Source: Desulfurellaceae bacterium
Lineage (GTDB): Bacteria; Desulfobacterota; Binatia; Bin18
Assembly (NCBI GenBank): GCA_021296095.1
Contig: JAGWBB010000005.1
Span: 2,937-66,936, forward strand
Length of the DNA stretch: 64,000 nucleotides
Direction of reading: 5' to 3'
Shown here: positions 51,735 through 61,320 of the stretch, piece after piece
Layout of the letters: every line of letters begins with the position of its first letter
Position numbering within the stretch: position 1 is the first letter of the stretch
Notes under the pieces: generated by a model
What the model saw: only the letters and a program-made list of their open reading frames with translations
Database searches by the model: none
What the model was told of the DNA's origin: nothing
Made by a program: the position numbers and the translations under genes

Positions 51735-53126
51735 GTGGAACGCTACGATCTGGTTGTGATAGGCGCCGGTCCGGGCGGCTATGTGGCCGCTATTCGGGCC
51801 GCCCAACTTGGGCTGACGGTTGCGGTTGTGGAAAAAGAACACGCCGGCGGGGTGTGTCTGAACTGGGGCTGTATTCCGTCCAAGGCCATCCTGACCTCGG
51901 CCGAGATGTATGAGGACCTCAAGGAGAGCGAACACTTTGGTATCAAGGTCCAGGGTTTGTCGTGCGACTACGGCCAGGTCATCAAACGCTCCCGAACGGT
52001 CGCCGGCCGCCTGGCCAAAGGGGTCGAGTTTCTGCTCAAGAAGAACAAGATTCCGCTGCTGCAAGGCGCCGGGCGTCTGGAGAGCCCGCACCGGGTGTCG
52101 GTCCGCGCCGACGGCCAGGCCGAGCAGCAGGTCGAGGCCGAACGGGTGCTGATCGCAACCGGCTCGAAGGAGCGCAGTCTGCCCGGCCTGGAGATCGACG
52201 CCGGCCAGGTCATCACCAGCTATGAGGCGCTGACCGACAGTGAAATCCCGGAGTCGGTGCTGATTGTCGGGGGCGGAGCGATTGGCTGCGAGTTCGCCTA
52301 TATCTACAGCGTCTTCGGCAGCCGGGTGACGGTGGTGGAGATGGAGCCACAGCTGTTGCCTGGGGTTGATGCCGAGATTGCCCAGGAGTTGGAGAAGAGC
52401 TTTAAGAAAAAGGGCATTGAGGTGCTGACCGGCACCAAATTCGCCGGCATCGAAAAATTCCCGGCCCGTCTCGATGTCCAGCTCGACAATCAGGGGGAAG
52501 TGAAAGAACGCACCGCCAACAAGGTCCTGGTTGCGGTCGGCCGCGCGCCGCTGAGCGCCGACCTGGGTCTGGAAGCCCTGGGGGTGGAATTCGACCGGGG
52601 CTATATCAAGGTCAACGAACAGTTTCAAACCAGCTGTGAGTCGGTCTACGCAATCGGGGATGTCATCGGCCAGCCCCTGCTGGCCCACGCCGCCTCAGAG
52701 GAGGGCGTGGCTGCGGTCGAGTGCATGCGCGGCGTGCGGGAAAAGGGTGTCGATCAGCTGCGGATTCCGGCCTGCATCTACTGCCAGCCCCAGATTGCGG
52801 TCATCGGCCTCAGCGAACAGCAGGCCAGAGACCAGGGCTATGAGGTCTCGATCGGCAAATTCCCCTTCCTGGCCTCCGGCAAAGCCCTGGCCGCCGGCCA
52901 CGACGAGGGCTTGGTGAAGCTGGTAGTGGATAAGCAGTACGGCGAAATCCTGGGTTGCCATATCATCGGCCGGGGAGCCACGGATCTGATAGCCGAGGTC
53001 GGTCTGGCGCGCACTCTGGAAGCGACCACCGCCGAGTTGACCGGCACGGTCCACGCCCATCCGACCCTGTCCGAAGCCATTATGGAAGCAGCCTTAAGCG
53101 CCGAGGGACGACCGATCAACTTTTAG
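51735..53126 (+). CDS. lpdA: dihydrolipoyl dehydrogenase (E3)
   Basis: 463 aa. GAGPGGY FAD motif, redox disulfide GGVCLNWGCIPSK, C-terminal HAHPTLSE. Confidence 0.95.
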   Translation: MERYDLVVIGAGPGGYVAAIRAAQLGLTVAVVEKEHAGGVCLNWGCIPSKAILTSAEMYEDLKESEHFGIKVQGLSCDYGQVIKRSRTVAGRLAKGVEFLLKKNKIPLLQGAGRLESPHRVSVRADGQAEQQVEAERVLIATGSKERSLPGLEIDAGQVITSYEALTDSEIPESVLIVGGGAIGCEFAYIYSVFGSRVTVVEMEPQLLPGVDAEIAQELEKSFKKKGIEVLTGTKFAGIEKFPARLDVQLDNQGEVKERTANKVLVAVGRAPLSADLGLEALGVEFDRGYIKVNEQFQTSCESVYAIGDVIGQPLLAHAASEEGVAAVECMRGVREKGVDQLRIPACIYCQPQIAVIGLSEQQARDQGYEVSIGKFPFLASGKALAAGHDEGLVKLVVDKQYGEILGCHIIGRGATDLIAEVGLARTLEATTAELTGTVHAHPTLSEAIMEAALSAEGRPINF

Positions 53127-53140
53127 GAGAGCGGGTACAC

Positions 53141-53833
53141 ATGCGGCTGCGGTGTTGCGATCTGGGTCTGGTCGAATATGGGCGCGCCCTGGCGCTGCAA
53201 GAGGCGTGTGTCGAGCAGCGGCGTGGGGGAGACGGCCAGGACACGCTGCTGCTGCTCGAACATCCGCCCGTGTACACCCTGGGGCGCGGGGCGGACGAGC
53301 GCTTTGTGCTGAACCCCGGCCAAGTGCCGGTCCGGCGGGTCAGCCGGGGCGGGCAGGTGACCTTTCACGGACCGGGCCAGCTCGTCGGCTATCCGATCCT
53401 GGCCCTGTCCGGTCGGCGTCGGGATGTCCACGCCTATATCCGCCGTCTCGAAGACGTGTTGATGCAGACTCTGGCCAGCTACGGTCTGCCGGCCCGGCGG
53501 CGTGAGGGCCTGACCGGCGTGTGGTGTGGTGAGGACAAGATCGCCTCAATCGGCATCGGTATCCGCCGCTGGGTGACGTTTCACGGCTTTGCCCTCAACG
53601 TCGATCCCGATCTGTCGTATTTTGACAAGATCATTCCGTGTGGCTTGGCCGACGTGCGGATGACCTCAATGGCGCGTGCGCTCGGTCGTCCGATGACTGT
53701 CCAGGCGGTCAAGAGCCGGCTGGCTGAAATCTTTGCCGCCACCTTTGGGTATCAAGCCGGGACGCTCTCGGAGGAAACGCTATGGAATATGCGCGGCCTG
53801 ACGGCCGACAGTCCGAACAGCCTCAGCCGCTGA
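53141..53833 (+). CDS. lipB: octanoyltransferase LipB
   Basis: LLLLEHPPVYTLG, RGGQVTFHGPGQLVGYP, and GIGIRRWVTFHGFALNV with the catalytic-region PCG. Start at the ATG at 53141 after AGGAGA. The track ORF from 52955 overlaps lpdA. Confidence 0.9.
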   Translation: MRLRCCDLGLVEYGRALALQEACVEQRRGGDGQDTLLLLEHPPVYTLGRGADERFVLNPGQVPVRRVSRGGQVTFHGPGQLVGYPILALSGRRRDVHAYIRRLEDVLMQTLASYGLPARRREGLTGVWCGEDKIASIGIGIRRWVTFHGFALNVDPDLSYFDKIIPCGLADVRMTSMARALGRPMTVQAVKSRLAEIFAATFGYQAGTLSEETLWNMRGLTADSPNSLSR

Positions 53834-54678
53834 GGCGTCGCCACCCCGCGTGGATCAAGGTGCGGATGCCCGGCGGACCGGGCTACACCAGGACCAAGGG
53901 GATCGTGTCGAGCCTCAAGCTCAACACGGTGTGCGAGGAAGCCCACTGTCCCAATATCGGTGAATGTTGGGGCCACGGCACGGCCACGTTCATGTTGATG
54001 GGGGACGTGTGTACCCGCAACTGTCGTTTCTGCGCGGTCAAGCACGGGCATATGGCCAGGCTTGACCCGGACGAGCCGAGGCGCGTGGCCGACGCCGCGC
54101 TGAAGATGGGCCTGTCTCACATCGTCGTCACGTCGGTGAATCGGGACGATTTGCCCGACGGCGGAGCCGCCCATTTTGCCGAGACGGTCCGCCAGCTGAA
54201 GCGAGCCAACCCGGGCAGCACGATTGAAGTGCTGACGCCCGACTTCCAGGGCAACGAAGCTGCGGTAACCACCGTTGCCGAGGCTCCCCTGGACATCTAC
54301 AACCACAACACCGAAACGGTGCCCCGGCTGTATAAGAAAGTCCGGCCCGGCGCCAAATACGAGCGCTCGCTGCGCGTCTTACAGCGGGTCAAAGAGGTCC
54401 GCCCGGAGCTGCGGACCAAGACCGGCCTGATGCTTGGCCTAGGCGAGACCTACGAGGAGTTGATGGCCGTGTTTGGCGATTTGCGCGCGGTCGGGTGCGA
54501 CATCCTGACCCTCGGCCAGTATCTGCGACCGTCCAAGGAGCAGCTGCCGGTCGAACGCTACGTCCACCCCGACGAATTTACGGCACTGGGCCAGCAGGCC
54601 CGGGAGATTGGTTTTCGGCACGTTGAGTCGGGTCCCCTGGTGCGCAGCTCCTACCACGCCTGGAAGCACGTCGAGTGA
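53782..54678 (+). CDS. lipA: lipoyl synthase LipA
   Basis: 298 aa. CEEAHCPNIGEC auxiliary cluster motif and radical-SAM CTRNCRFC. Confidence 0.95.
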   Translation: MEYARPDGRQSEQPQPLRRRHPAWIKVRMPGGPGYTRTKGIVSSLKLNTVCEEAHCPNIGECWGHGTATFMLMGDVCTRNCRFCAVKHGHMARLDPDEPRRVADAALKMGLSHIVVTSVNRDDLPDGGAAHFAETVRQLKRANPGSTIEVLTPDFQGNEAAVTTVAEAPLDIYNHNTETVPRLYKKVRPGAKYERSLRVLQRVKEVRPELRTKTGLMLGLGETYEELMAVFGDLRAVGCDILTLGQYLRPSKEQLPVERYVHPDEFTALGQQAREIGFRHVESGPLVRSSYHAWKHVE

Positions 54679-54759
54679 GCGGGATCGACCGGTCTCTCTC
54701 TTCCTGGGTGTCACGAGCAGCCGTGTCCAACTTGCGCTTTTCCTGATGGATCGTCCTGC

Positions 54760-55242
54760 TCAGTATGGGGTGCCGTCTTTGTGGACAAACTGCCACTGTC
54801 CGTCTTTGTCAAGGACCGCTTGTATATCGTCGTCAGGATAGGAAACGCCATCGTCCGCGCTGCGGTCGCCGATTTCGAGGTACACGACATCCTCGTCCGT
54901 GCGGTTGATGAGGTGATGCCCGTTGCCTGTACCAGCTTTGAATCCGGCGCACATGCCGGGAGACAGCGAGGTCTCGCCGTCGTCTGTCATCAACAGCGGA
55001 TGGCCCGTCAAGATATAAATGAACTCGTCTTGACGCGAGTGGGCATGGCGCAGCGCAGAGACCGCGCCTGGAGCGAGCCGGGTGAGATTCACGCCAAAGT
55101 TTGACAGCCCAAACACACTGCCCAGCGGGCGTTTCTGCCGACCTGCCATCCGCGATGCAAAGGGCTCAGGATAATTCGACGCTTTGGCCCGCAGCGGGGC
55201 TTCTGCGGCCACAATGGCGACTGGGAATTTGTCATCACTCAT
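54760..55242 (-). CDS. cupin domain protein
   Basis: 160 aa. Single cupin with LRHAHSRQDEFIYILTG ... GHHLIN motifs. Confidence 0.75.
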   Translation of the reverse strand: MSDDKFPVAIVAAEAPLRAKASNYPEPFASRMAGRQKRPLGSVFGLSNFGVNLTRLAPGAVSALRHAHSRQDEFIYILTGHPLLMTDDGETSLSPGMCAGFKAGTGNGHHLINRTDEDVVYLEIGDRSADDGVSYPDDDIQAVLDKDGQWQFVHKDGTPY

Positions 55243-55308
55243 GGGTACTCCTGTTTCTCCGCTTGCGTCTCAGTATAGGCGCCCCCTGCTGCCCGTGCCA
55301 CTGATGCC

Positions 55309-55407
55309 TGAAAGAACAACTCCTCGGGGTCGTATCGTACAGCTTGGAGACAGCCTCCTTGGCCGCCTGATGGGAGTGGGTAATCATCAACCGATCGTGG
55401 GCGCGTC
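55309..55407 (-). pseudogene. remnant of an acyl-CoA-dehydrogenase-fold gene 3' end
   Basis: About 90% nucleotide identity by eye to 56044-56066 plus 56196-56270 of the intact gene, with the intervening 129 bp missing. Encodes ...DRLMITHSHQAAKEAVSKLYD... and DPEELFF in shifted frames. Confidence 0.6.
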
Positions 55408-56013
55408 GGGCGCAGGATTCATTGGGATATGGCCTGGCTGACTGGCTACCCGAGTCAGCCAAGCACCGACCGCAGGATAGTCCGTCAGGTCGAATCCTCC
55501 CTCTTCCGCCATGTGCGTGTACGCGTAAAGCGAGAAATCAGCGATGGTCATCGCCTCTCCGCCGAACCAGTCCGATTCGCTGAGATGACCCTCCATGACT
55601 GCGAGCGCGGCACGACCGCCTGTCTGCTTGGCCGGAAGTTGGGCGCGTTGGGCCTCCGTCATTTCGGTGTGCTGAATCCAGTGGCGGGCGACGGCGATGT
55701 AGGGCTCGTGGCTATATTGCTCGAAGAACATCCACTGCAAAGTGAAGGCACGGGCTAACGGATCGGACGGAAGAAAGCACGAGCCCTCCGCCAGATAGCA
55801 GAGGATCGCGTTCGACTCGGCAAGACAGGTTCCGTCCTCAAGCTCCAGAACCGGGATTCGGCCGTTGGGGTTTGTGGCCAGAAATTCCGGGGTCCGGGTT
55901 TCTCCCTTCAGGATATCGATTTCGATACGCTCGTAGGTCCGACCCAGATGGGCGAGCAACAGACGCGGCTTGTAGCCATTACCAGACAGACGGTTGTCAT
56001 ACAGACGAAGCAT
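55387..56013 (-). CDS. glutathione S-transferase
   Basis: MLRLYDNRLSGNGYKPRLLLAHLG..., IPVLELEDGTCLAESNAILCYLAE (thioredoxin-like N-domain), helical C-domain. Start at the ATG at 56013 after AAGGAGGGG. Confidence 0.85.
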   Translation of the reverse strand: MLRLYDNRLSGNGYKPRLLLAHLGRTYERIEIDILKGETRTPEFLATNPNGRIPVLELEDGTCLAESNAILCYLAEGSCFLPSDPLARAFTLQWMFFEQYSHEPYIAVARHWIQHTEMTEAQRAQLPAKQTGGRAALAVMEGHLSESDWFGGEAMTIADFSLYAYTHMAEEGGFDLTDYPAVGAWLTRVASQPGHIPMNPAPDAPTIG

Positions 56014-56041
56014 GAGCCCCTCCTTGAAGCCAGCATCCTTC

Positions 56042-57208
56042 CTAAAAGAACAACTCCTCGGGGTCGAGTCCCAGCAGCAGGCGGCCCGCCGGCCGGTACA
56101 TCTTGAGATGCACAACGCGGTGCTGGCAGGCGGTCAGAATATCGCGCATATGGCGGTCGAGAGGGCTGGTCCGAAAAATCGCGCTGGTGGCGGCCGTATC
56201 GTACAGCTTTGAGACAATGTCCTTGGCTGCCTGATGGGAGTGGGTGATCATTAACCGATAGTGGGCGCGCTGCCGGGGCGACAGCCTGTCACCCCGGCAC
56301 AGCGTTTGCCATAGGTCTTCCAGCGTGGCGTAGACGTAGCTGCGGGCCGCGCCCAGGCTGGCCTCTGCCCAGGCCACGGTTTCCTGGACCTGGCTGTCCT
56401 CGCGCAGCAAGCGGCGGCTGGGCAGCATTTCCTTCTGAGCGCTCAGCTCCTGGACAAAATCCAGCGCACCACGCGCGATACCCAGCGGTACCCCGGCATG
56501 AGAGACCAGAAACAGGGCAGGGAAGGCGTACAGCGGGCTCGGACACTGCGGCGGTTCGGCCATGTTCGGGCTCTCGTCGAACGGCACAAAGGCGTCCTCG
56601 ATGCTGAAGTCGTGACTGCCGGTGCCACGCATGCCGGTGGTGTGCCAGGTGTCGCTGATCGTGGCGGCCGAAACCGGGACCAGCATCACCCGCGTTTCCG
56701 GCTGCCCGTTGGCCAGGCGGCGGGGCTGGCCGTTTTCATGGACCATCGACCCGCACACCAGCACGCTGGCGTGTCGGCAGCCGCTGGCAAAACGCCACGT
56801 GCCGCTCACCCGGTAGCCGTTGTCAACAAGGTCGGCGCGCTGGGGCGGTCGGAGCTGGCCGGCCGCAACGCTGGACGTGTGGCCGAACAGGCGTTGGGCA
56901 ACGGGCGGAGTCAGAAAGGCGGCCAGAAAGCTGGCCGCCGTGGCGATCATCGACAGCCAGCCGACCGAACCGTTGAGACGCGACAGCTCTTCCACGACCC
57001 GGACCTGGGCCATCGGGTCAAGCTGCCCGCCGCCATACGCCCGGGGCGCGCCCATGCGGAAGACGCCGGCTTGCATCAAGGCCTGGGCCAGGGCGTGTGG
57101 CAGGCGTCGCTCGGACTCCATGGTGTCGATAGCAGCCTCGATTTGCGGGGCCAGGGCGTGTACGGCACGCAGGATTTGGTCGAGGTCGGCACTGTCCTGG
57201 GTTGGCAT
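56042..57208 (-). CDS. acyl-CoA dehydrogenase-fold protein (possibly a flavin-dependent monooxygenase of the DszC/HsaA/C2-HpaH type)
   Basis: 388 aa. ACAD three-domain layout, but the N-terminus and the GYRVSGTWRFASGCRHA block resemble the ACAD-like monooxygenase group. The subfamily call is tentative. Confidence 0.75.
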   Translation of the reverse strand: MPTQDSADLDQILRAVHALAPQIEAAIDTMESERRLPHALAQALMQAGVFRMGAPRAYGGGQLDPMAQVRVVEELSRLNGSVGWLSMIATAASFLAAFLTPPVAQRLFGHTSSVAAGQLRPPQRADLVDNGYRVSGTWRFASGCRHASVLVCGSMVHENGQPRRLANGQPETRVMLVPVSAATISDTWHTTGMRGTGSHDFSIEDAFVPFDESPNMAEPPQCPSPLYAFPALFLVSHAGVPLGIARGALDFVQELSAQKEMLPSRRLLREDSQVQETVAWAEASLGAARSYVYATLEDLWQTLCRGDRLSPRQRAHYRLMITHSHQAAKDIVSKLYDTAATSAIFRTSPLDRHMRDILTACQHRVVHLKMYRPAGRLLLGLDPEELFF

Positions 57209-57219
57209 GAGGCGGCTCC

Positions 57220-58809
57220 TTATCCTGAGGCGAACCAGTTCTCGTCCCGCAGCTGAGCCCAGATTTTTTGCACAACGGCTCCGCCGCGTTTTTGGACCTG
57301 CTCGGCATCGTCACACACCAGGCGACCCTGAAAAACCTGGAAGCGGCCGTCGGTCATCACATGCTGGACGCTCAGCCCGTGGGCGTACAGCAGGTTGTTG
57401 AGCGGCTCGGGGGGCACGGCTCCGACCCCGCTCAGGAAGCCGCTGACATCGACCGTGCACAGGTCGGCTTTGGCCCCCGGCGCAATACGGCCGATGTCGT
57501 CCCGGCCCAGTCCTTTGGCCGCGCCCAGGGTGGCGCCCTCCACCGCATCCCAGACTGTGGGCAGGTGCAGAGGCACCGGGCTGCTGGGCTGTAACAGACG
57601 GGCTCGGGCACGGCCGTACAGAACCGCCAGTTTGAGGTTTTCGATGTAGTCGTTTGAATGGGTGTCAATGCCAATCGTCGTTCTGACACCGGCGGCCAGC
57701 GCCTCGGGGTAGGGCTGGGTTCCGCTGCTGCCCCCGGCCCCGCCCCCGGACGGACAGTGGGCGTAGGTCAGATTTTTCTTGGCCAGAAACGGCAGGTCGC
57801 GGGCCAGGTCAATCCCGGTGAAGTGGGCGCCAAAAACGGGCTGGGTATAAAAGCCCAGATCGTCCAGCCACACGGCTGGACGTTTGCCCCACAGGCGCTC
57901 GACCGTATGGGTTTCCTGGGCGCTCTGGGACAGATGGATGTGAATACCGTTGCCGATTTCCTTGGCTGCGGTCAGGATGGCAGCCATGGTCTTGGGGGTG
58001 TGCGTGTCTGTGGCGTGGGGAGCCATTTGAGGGCGAATACGACCGTCCTCAGCCCCGTTGTGAGCCAGACTAAAGCGGCGGTTGGCCTCAATCTCGTCCA
58101 GGGTGAGCTGTTCCGAGTCGGTCAAGACCTGGTCGGCCTGGCGAAACCAGATCGGAAACAGCCGGCCAATACCGGGAATCATGCCGCCCGGATAGCCCCG
58201 CACGCCCCAGCGCCCGGCAATACGCACATAGGACTCGGCCTGGCGCAGGCTGAGGCTCATCTCGACCTGGGTCGTACAGCCCGAGCGAAGCAGCTCGGCC
58301 AGGTTGGAGGCGGTCAGGGCGTCCAGATCCTCCGTACTCAGCAGCTCGACCAGTTCGAGCGGGCGGGCGTAGGAGCGGCCGCCCTCAATAATTCCCCGGG
58401 TCGGGGTCGCCGAACAGGTGTGGGTATGGCCGGAAATCAGACCCGGCAGCAGGAGCTGGCCGGTAGCGCGGATGCGGGGCGTGTCGCCCGGCATCCGACC
58501 GCTGGTGACGGCTTCGATACGGTCGCGGCGCACCCGAACCGCACACTCGGGCAGCAGGCTGAGACGGCCGTTCTGAAAAACCAGCCCCCATGGGGCTTCG
58601 ATGATACAGTCGCGGTCGGGCGGCGTGTCTTGGCGCGGTGGGGCAGCGGCGGACTGCGGGGCAGGCGTGGCCGCTCCAAAAGCCGCCCCGGCCAGCGCGC
58701 CTTGGACCAGAAGCTGCCGGCGGGTCAGGCTCGGCTCTCCAGGCTCTGCCGGATGACACACAAAGCAGGCGCCCTGGAGGTCTGGGTATGGCTGGGGGAG
58801 CGTCATCAT
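57220..58809 (-). CDS. amidohydrolase-superfamily protein with Tat-type signal
   Basis: 529 aa. LTRRQLLVQGALAGAAFGAA leader, metal-binding HxH (LISGHTHT) and later His/Asp motifs. Confidence 0.8.
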   Translation of the reverse strand: MMTLPQPYPDLQGACFVCHPAEPGEPSLTRRQLLVQGALAGAAFGAATPAPQSAAAPPRQDTPPDRDCIIEAPWGLVFQNGRLSLLPECAVRVRRDRIEAVTSGRMPGDTPRIRATGQLLLPGLISGHTHTCSATPTRGIIEGGRSYARPLELVELLSTEDLDALTASNLAELLRSGCTTQVEMSLSLRQAESYVRIAGRWGVRGYPGGMIPGIGRLFPIWFRQADQVLTDSEQLTLDEIEANRRFSLAHNGAEDGRIRPQMAPHATDTHTPKTMAAILTAAKEIGNGIHIHLSQSAQETHTVERLWGKRPAVWLDDLGFYTQPVFGAHFTGIDLARDLPFLAKKNLTYAHCPSGGGAGGSSGTQPYPEALAAGVRTTIGIDTHSNDYIENLKLAVLYGRARARLLQPSSPVPLHLPTVWDAVEGATLGAAKGLGRDDIGRIAPGAKADLCTVDVSGFLSGVGAVPPEPLNNLLYAHGLSVQHVMTDGRFQVFQGRLVCDDAEQVQKRGGAVVQKIWAQLRDENWFASG

Positions 58810-58836
58810 TGCTGTTCTCCGTGTCTGCGGTGCGGC

Positions 58837-59994
58837 TCAGAGCAGGGCGCGTTTGACCCGTTCGCCAACCCCGCGCAGCCGCTCAACCGGTTCGTTGGCA
58901 AACACAAAGCGTACATAGTTCTTGCTATTGGCGCTGCCCCAATTGACCATCGGCGTCGCCGCGATCTTGCCCGAGGCGAGCAGACGCTGTGAGGCCGTGA
59001 CGCCATCCAGGCCCAGGGGCGAGACATCCAGCAGAAACGACCAGCCACCGTGCGGCGGGATGACCACGAAGTCGCGTAGCTCGTCCAGCAACACAGCCCG
59101 GCGGTGCTGCCACTCCTCAACACAGGTCGCAATGCCGTCGTCGGGAGCATTGATGGCGGTGGCAACGGCTCCCATCGCCAGGCCGGTCTGGCACACCACG
59201 TTGCTGATGCTGACCCTGGCGACATCGGCCACAATGTCAGCCGGGCCAACCACCCAGCCCACCCGCCAGCCGATCATACGATACTCTTTGGACGCCGAGC
59301 CGACGCTGATGACTCTCTCACGCATGCCGGGGAAGGCGGCGGGATGAACGACCGGGCGGCCGTCGTACACAATCCGCTCCATTGCTGCGTCGTTGATAAG
59401 CCAGCACTCGGCCTGCTGACAAAAGGCGATCAGCGCCGACCACTCTTCCCGTGTGAAGACCGCCCCGGTGGGCATGGAGGGGCTCATCAGCAGGGCTGCT
59501 TTGATCGGATGGGGATCAAGGCTGGCCAGCGCCGCCACATCCAGGCGCCAGCCTTGGGCCGAGGGGAGCAGGGGAACAAAACGCGGCACTCCGCCCGCCA
59601 GACGGACCCGATTCACCAGGCCGACATAGATCGGATCGGTCAGCACGACCTCGTCGCCGGGTTCCAGAGTTGCCAGCAGGACATTCAGGATGCCCGACAG
59701 CCCGCCGGCACTGATCAGGCATTCGGTCTTCCAGTCATACGCCTGGCCCGACTGTCGCGCGACCAGACGCGCGGCCGCCTGGCGGACGCTATCGAGCCCG
59801 AAAAAGGGCAGATAACTGTTGGCCGCGTCGTCATCAACCGCCCGTTTGGTGAAGGCGAGGGCGCTGGCTGGCGGGCGCAGGTCGGTATCGAGATTTTCCA
59901 GCCGCAACACCTCGGGGTCTTCGAGGCTGTCCGCCAGCGCGCCCATCTGTTCGACGCCGATCTGGGTGATATGCGTCAGGCGTGAGACGGACAT
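58837..59994 (-). CDS. PLP-dependent aminotransferase (class I/II)
   Basis: 385 aa. Fold-type I layout with SASKEY (Lys for PLP) and NPxNPTG-like MSPSMPTG. Confidence 0.85.
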   Translation of the reverse strand: MSVSRLTHITQIGVEQMGALADSLEDPEVLRLENLDTDLRPPASALAFTKRAVDDDAANSYLPFFGLDSVRQAAARLVARQSGQAYDWKTECLISAGGLSGILNVLLATLEPGDEVVLTDPIYVGLVNRVRLAGGVPRFVPLLPSAQGWRLDVAALASLDPHPIKAALLMSPSMPTGAVFTREEWSALIAFCQQAECWLINDAAMERIVYDGRPVVHPAAFPGMRERVISVGSASKEYRMIGWRVGWVVGPADIVADVARVSISNVVCQTGLAMGAVATAINAPDDGIATCVEEWQHRRAVLLDELRDFVVIPPHGGWSFLLDVSPLGLDGVTASQRLLASGKIAATPMVNWGSANSKNYVRFVFANEPVERLRGVGERVKRALL

Positions 59995-60029
59995 GGGTCC
60001 TCCCGGCTGGCAGCAGAAAGTCCGGCCCG

Positions 60030-61163
60030 CTAAATGCCGTACACCTGAGCCGCGCTGTCGCCCAGCAGGTTGCGGCGGGCCGTCTCCGACAGCGGCGCAA
60101 CCAGCTCCTGCAACTCGTCCATGTAGTTTCCGGGGTGGTCAAAGTGGGGATAGTCGGTCGCCCAGAAAAACCGGTCCTGGCCTACATAGTCGATGATGTG
60201 GGCCAGCGCCCGCTCGTCCGGGTCGCCCGAAATCCAGCACTGACGCTTGAAATAAAAGCTGGGCTTTTCCTTGAGCGGTACGCTATCGCCCAGGCTGGTC
60301 TCATAGGTCGTGTCCATGCGGTCCAGGGCCGCCCCGATCCAGCCCGCCCCGGACTCCAGCACGACCGCCTTGATCTTTGGGAAGCGGTCAAACAAGCCCC
60401 ACTGGAACAGGCCGTAAAACGCCTGCTGAGGGCCCTGCATGCCCAGCGCGTTCTGCATCCAGCGCGCCTTGCCCATGCCGTCAAAGCGCTGATAGGTCCG
60501 AATCTTGGGATGTTCGGCCATGGGGTGGATGGCGACCGGGACATCCAGGTCCTGGGCTGTGGCCCAGAAGGTGTCGTGGTCGGGGTGGGCGTGGGGGATG
60601 CGGGTCAGCGTATAGGGCGCCACAAACGCGCCTCTGGCACCGGCTCGCACCGAGCGTTCCAACTCGGCTGCGGCTTTGACCGGATCGGCCAGCGAAATAT
60701 GGGCAATGGCAATCAGGCGGCCGTCCGAGTCGGCGCAGAAGTCGCACAGCCAGCGGTTATAGGCCTGGGCGTAGGCCAGGGACAGCTCGGCGTCCTCCAG
60801 CTCGCACTCCCAGGTCAGACCCAGGCTCGGATACAGGATGGCTTTGGCAATACCCTCCCGGTCGAGCAGGGCGACGCGTTCTTTGGGGTCCATGGAGCCG
60901 AACGGCGCGTTGCCCGGGTAGGACTGCTCCATCAGCTCCGCTATCTCCTGGCTGCTTTTGCCCATTGCCCCCAGCCCGGTCAGCGTCTGGATATTAAAGA
61001 AGCGCGAGGGCTTACCGTCCAGCTCCAGCACCTCTCTGCCGTCGTGGCGGCGGATGCGCAGCGCCCGGTCACGGTAGGCCGGGTCGATGTATTTCTCCCA
61101 GGCGTCGAGGGGTTCGAGGATATGTCCATCGGCGTCGATGATATTGCCATAGTCGAGTGCCAT
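60030..61163 (-). CDS. amidohydrolase_2 (ACMSD-like) family hydrolase/decarboxylase
   Basis: 377 aa. N-terminal IIDADGHILEP, and later WATDYPHFDH typical of PF04909-type enzymes. Confidence 0.85.
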   Translation of the reverse strand: MALDYGNIIDADGHILEPLDAWEKYIDPAYRDRALRIRRHDGREVLELDGKPSRFFNIQTLTGLGAMGKSSQEIAELMEQSYPGNAPFGSMDPKERVALLDREGIAKAILYPSLGLTWECELEDAELSLAYAQAYNRWLCDFCADSDGRLIAIAHISLADPVKAAAELERSVRAGARGAFVAPYTLTRIPHAHPDHDTFWATAQDLDVPVAIHPMAEHPKIRTYQRFDGMGKARWMQNALGMQGPQQAFYGLFQWGLFDRFPKIKAVVLESGAGWIGAALDRMDTTYETSLGDSVPLKEKPSFYFKRQCWISGDPDERALAHIIDYVGQDRFFWATDYPHFDHPGNYMDELQELVAPLSETARRNLLGDSAAQVYGI

Positions 61164-61320
61164 GCTGTTGTCTTCCTTTCACGGGTCTGACGAGTGGATT
61201 CCTTCGGCCGATTCTAACCGATTCCGGTCGAGACGGCCATGGGTATCCTGCTGTCGTCAAGCGTGACCTGCCGGCAGACTCGCGGGCCGGATGCGGTTTC
61301 CAGAGACGTGATCGGGGGCG

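Noticed and set aside
61164-61320. Possible preQ1 riboswitch, tRNA or sRNA in the 157-nt spacer downstream of queE.
   Set aside because: The spacer is downstream of queE, not upstream, and precedes the amidohydrolase_2 gene. I saw no cloverleaf or preQ1 aptamer-like sequence, only weak promoter-like hexamers.
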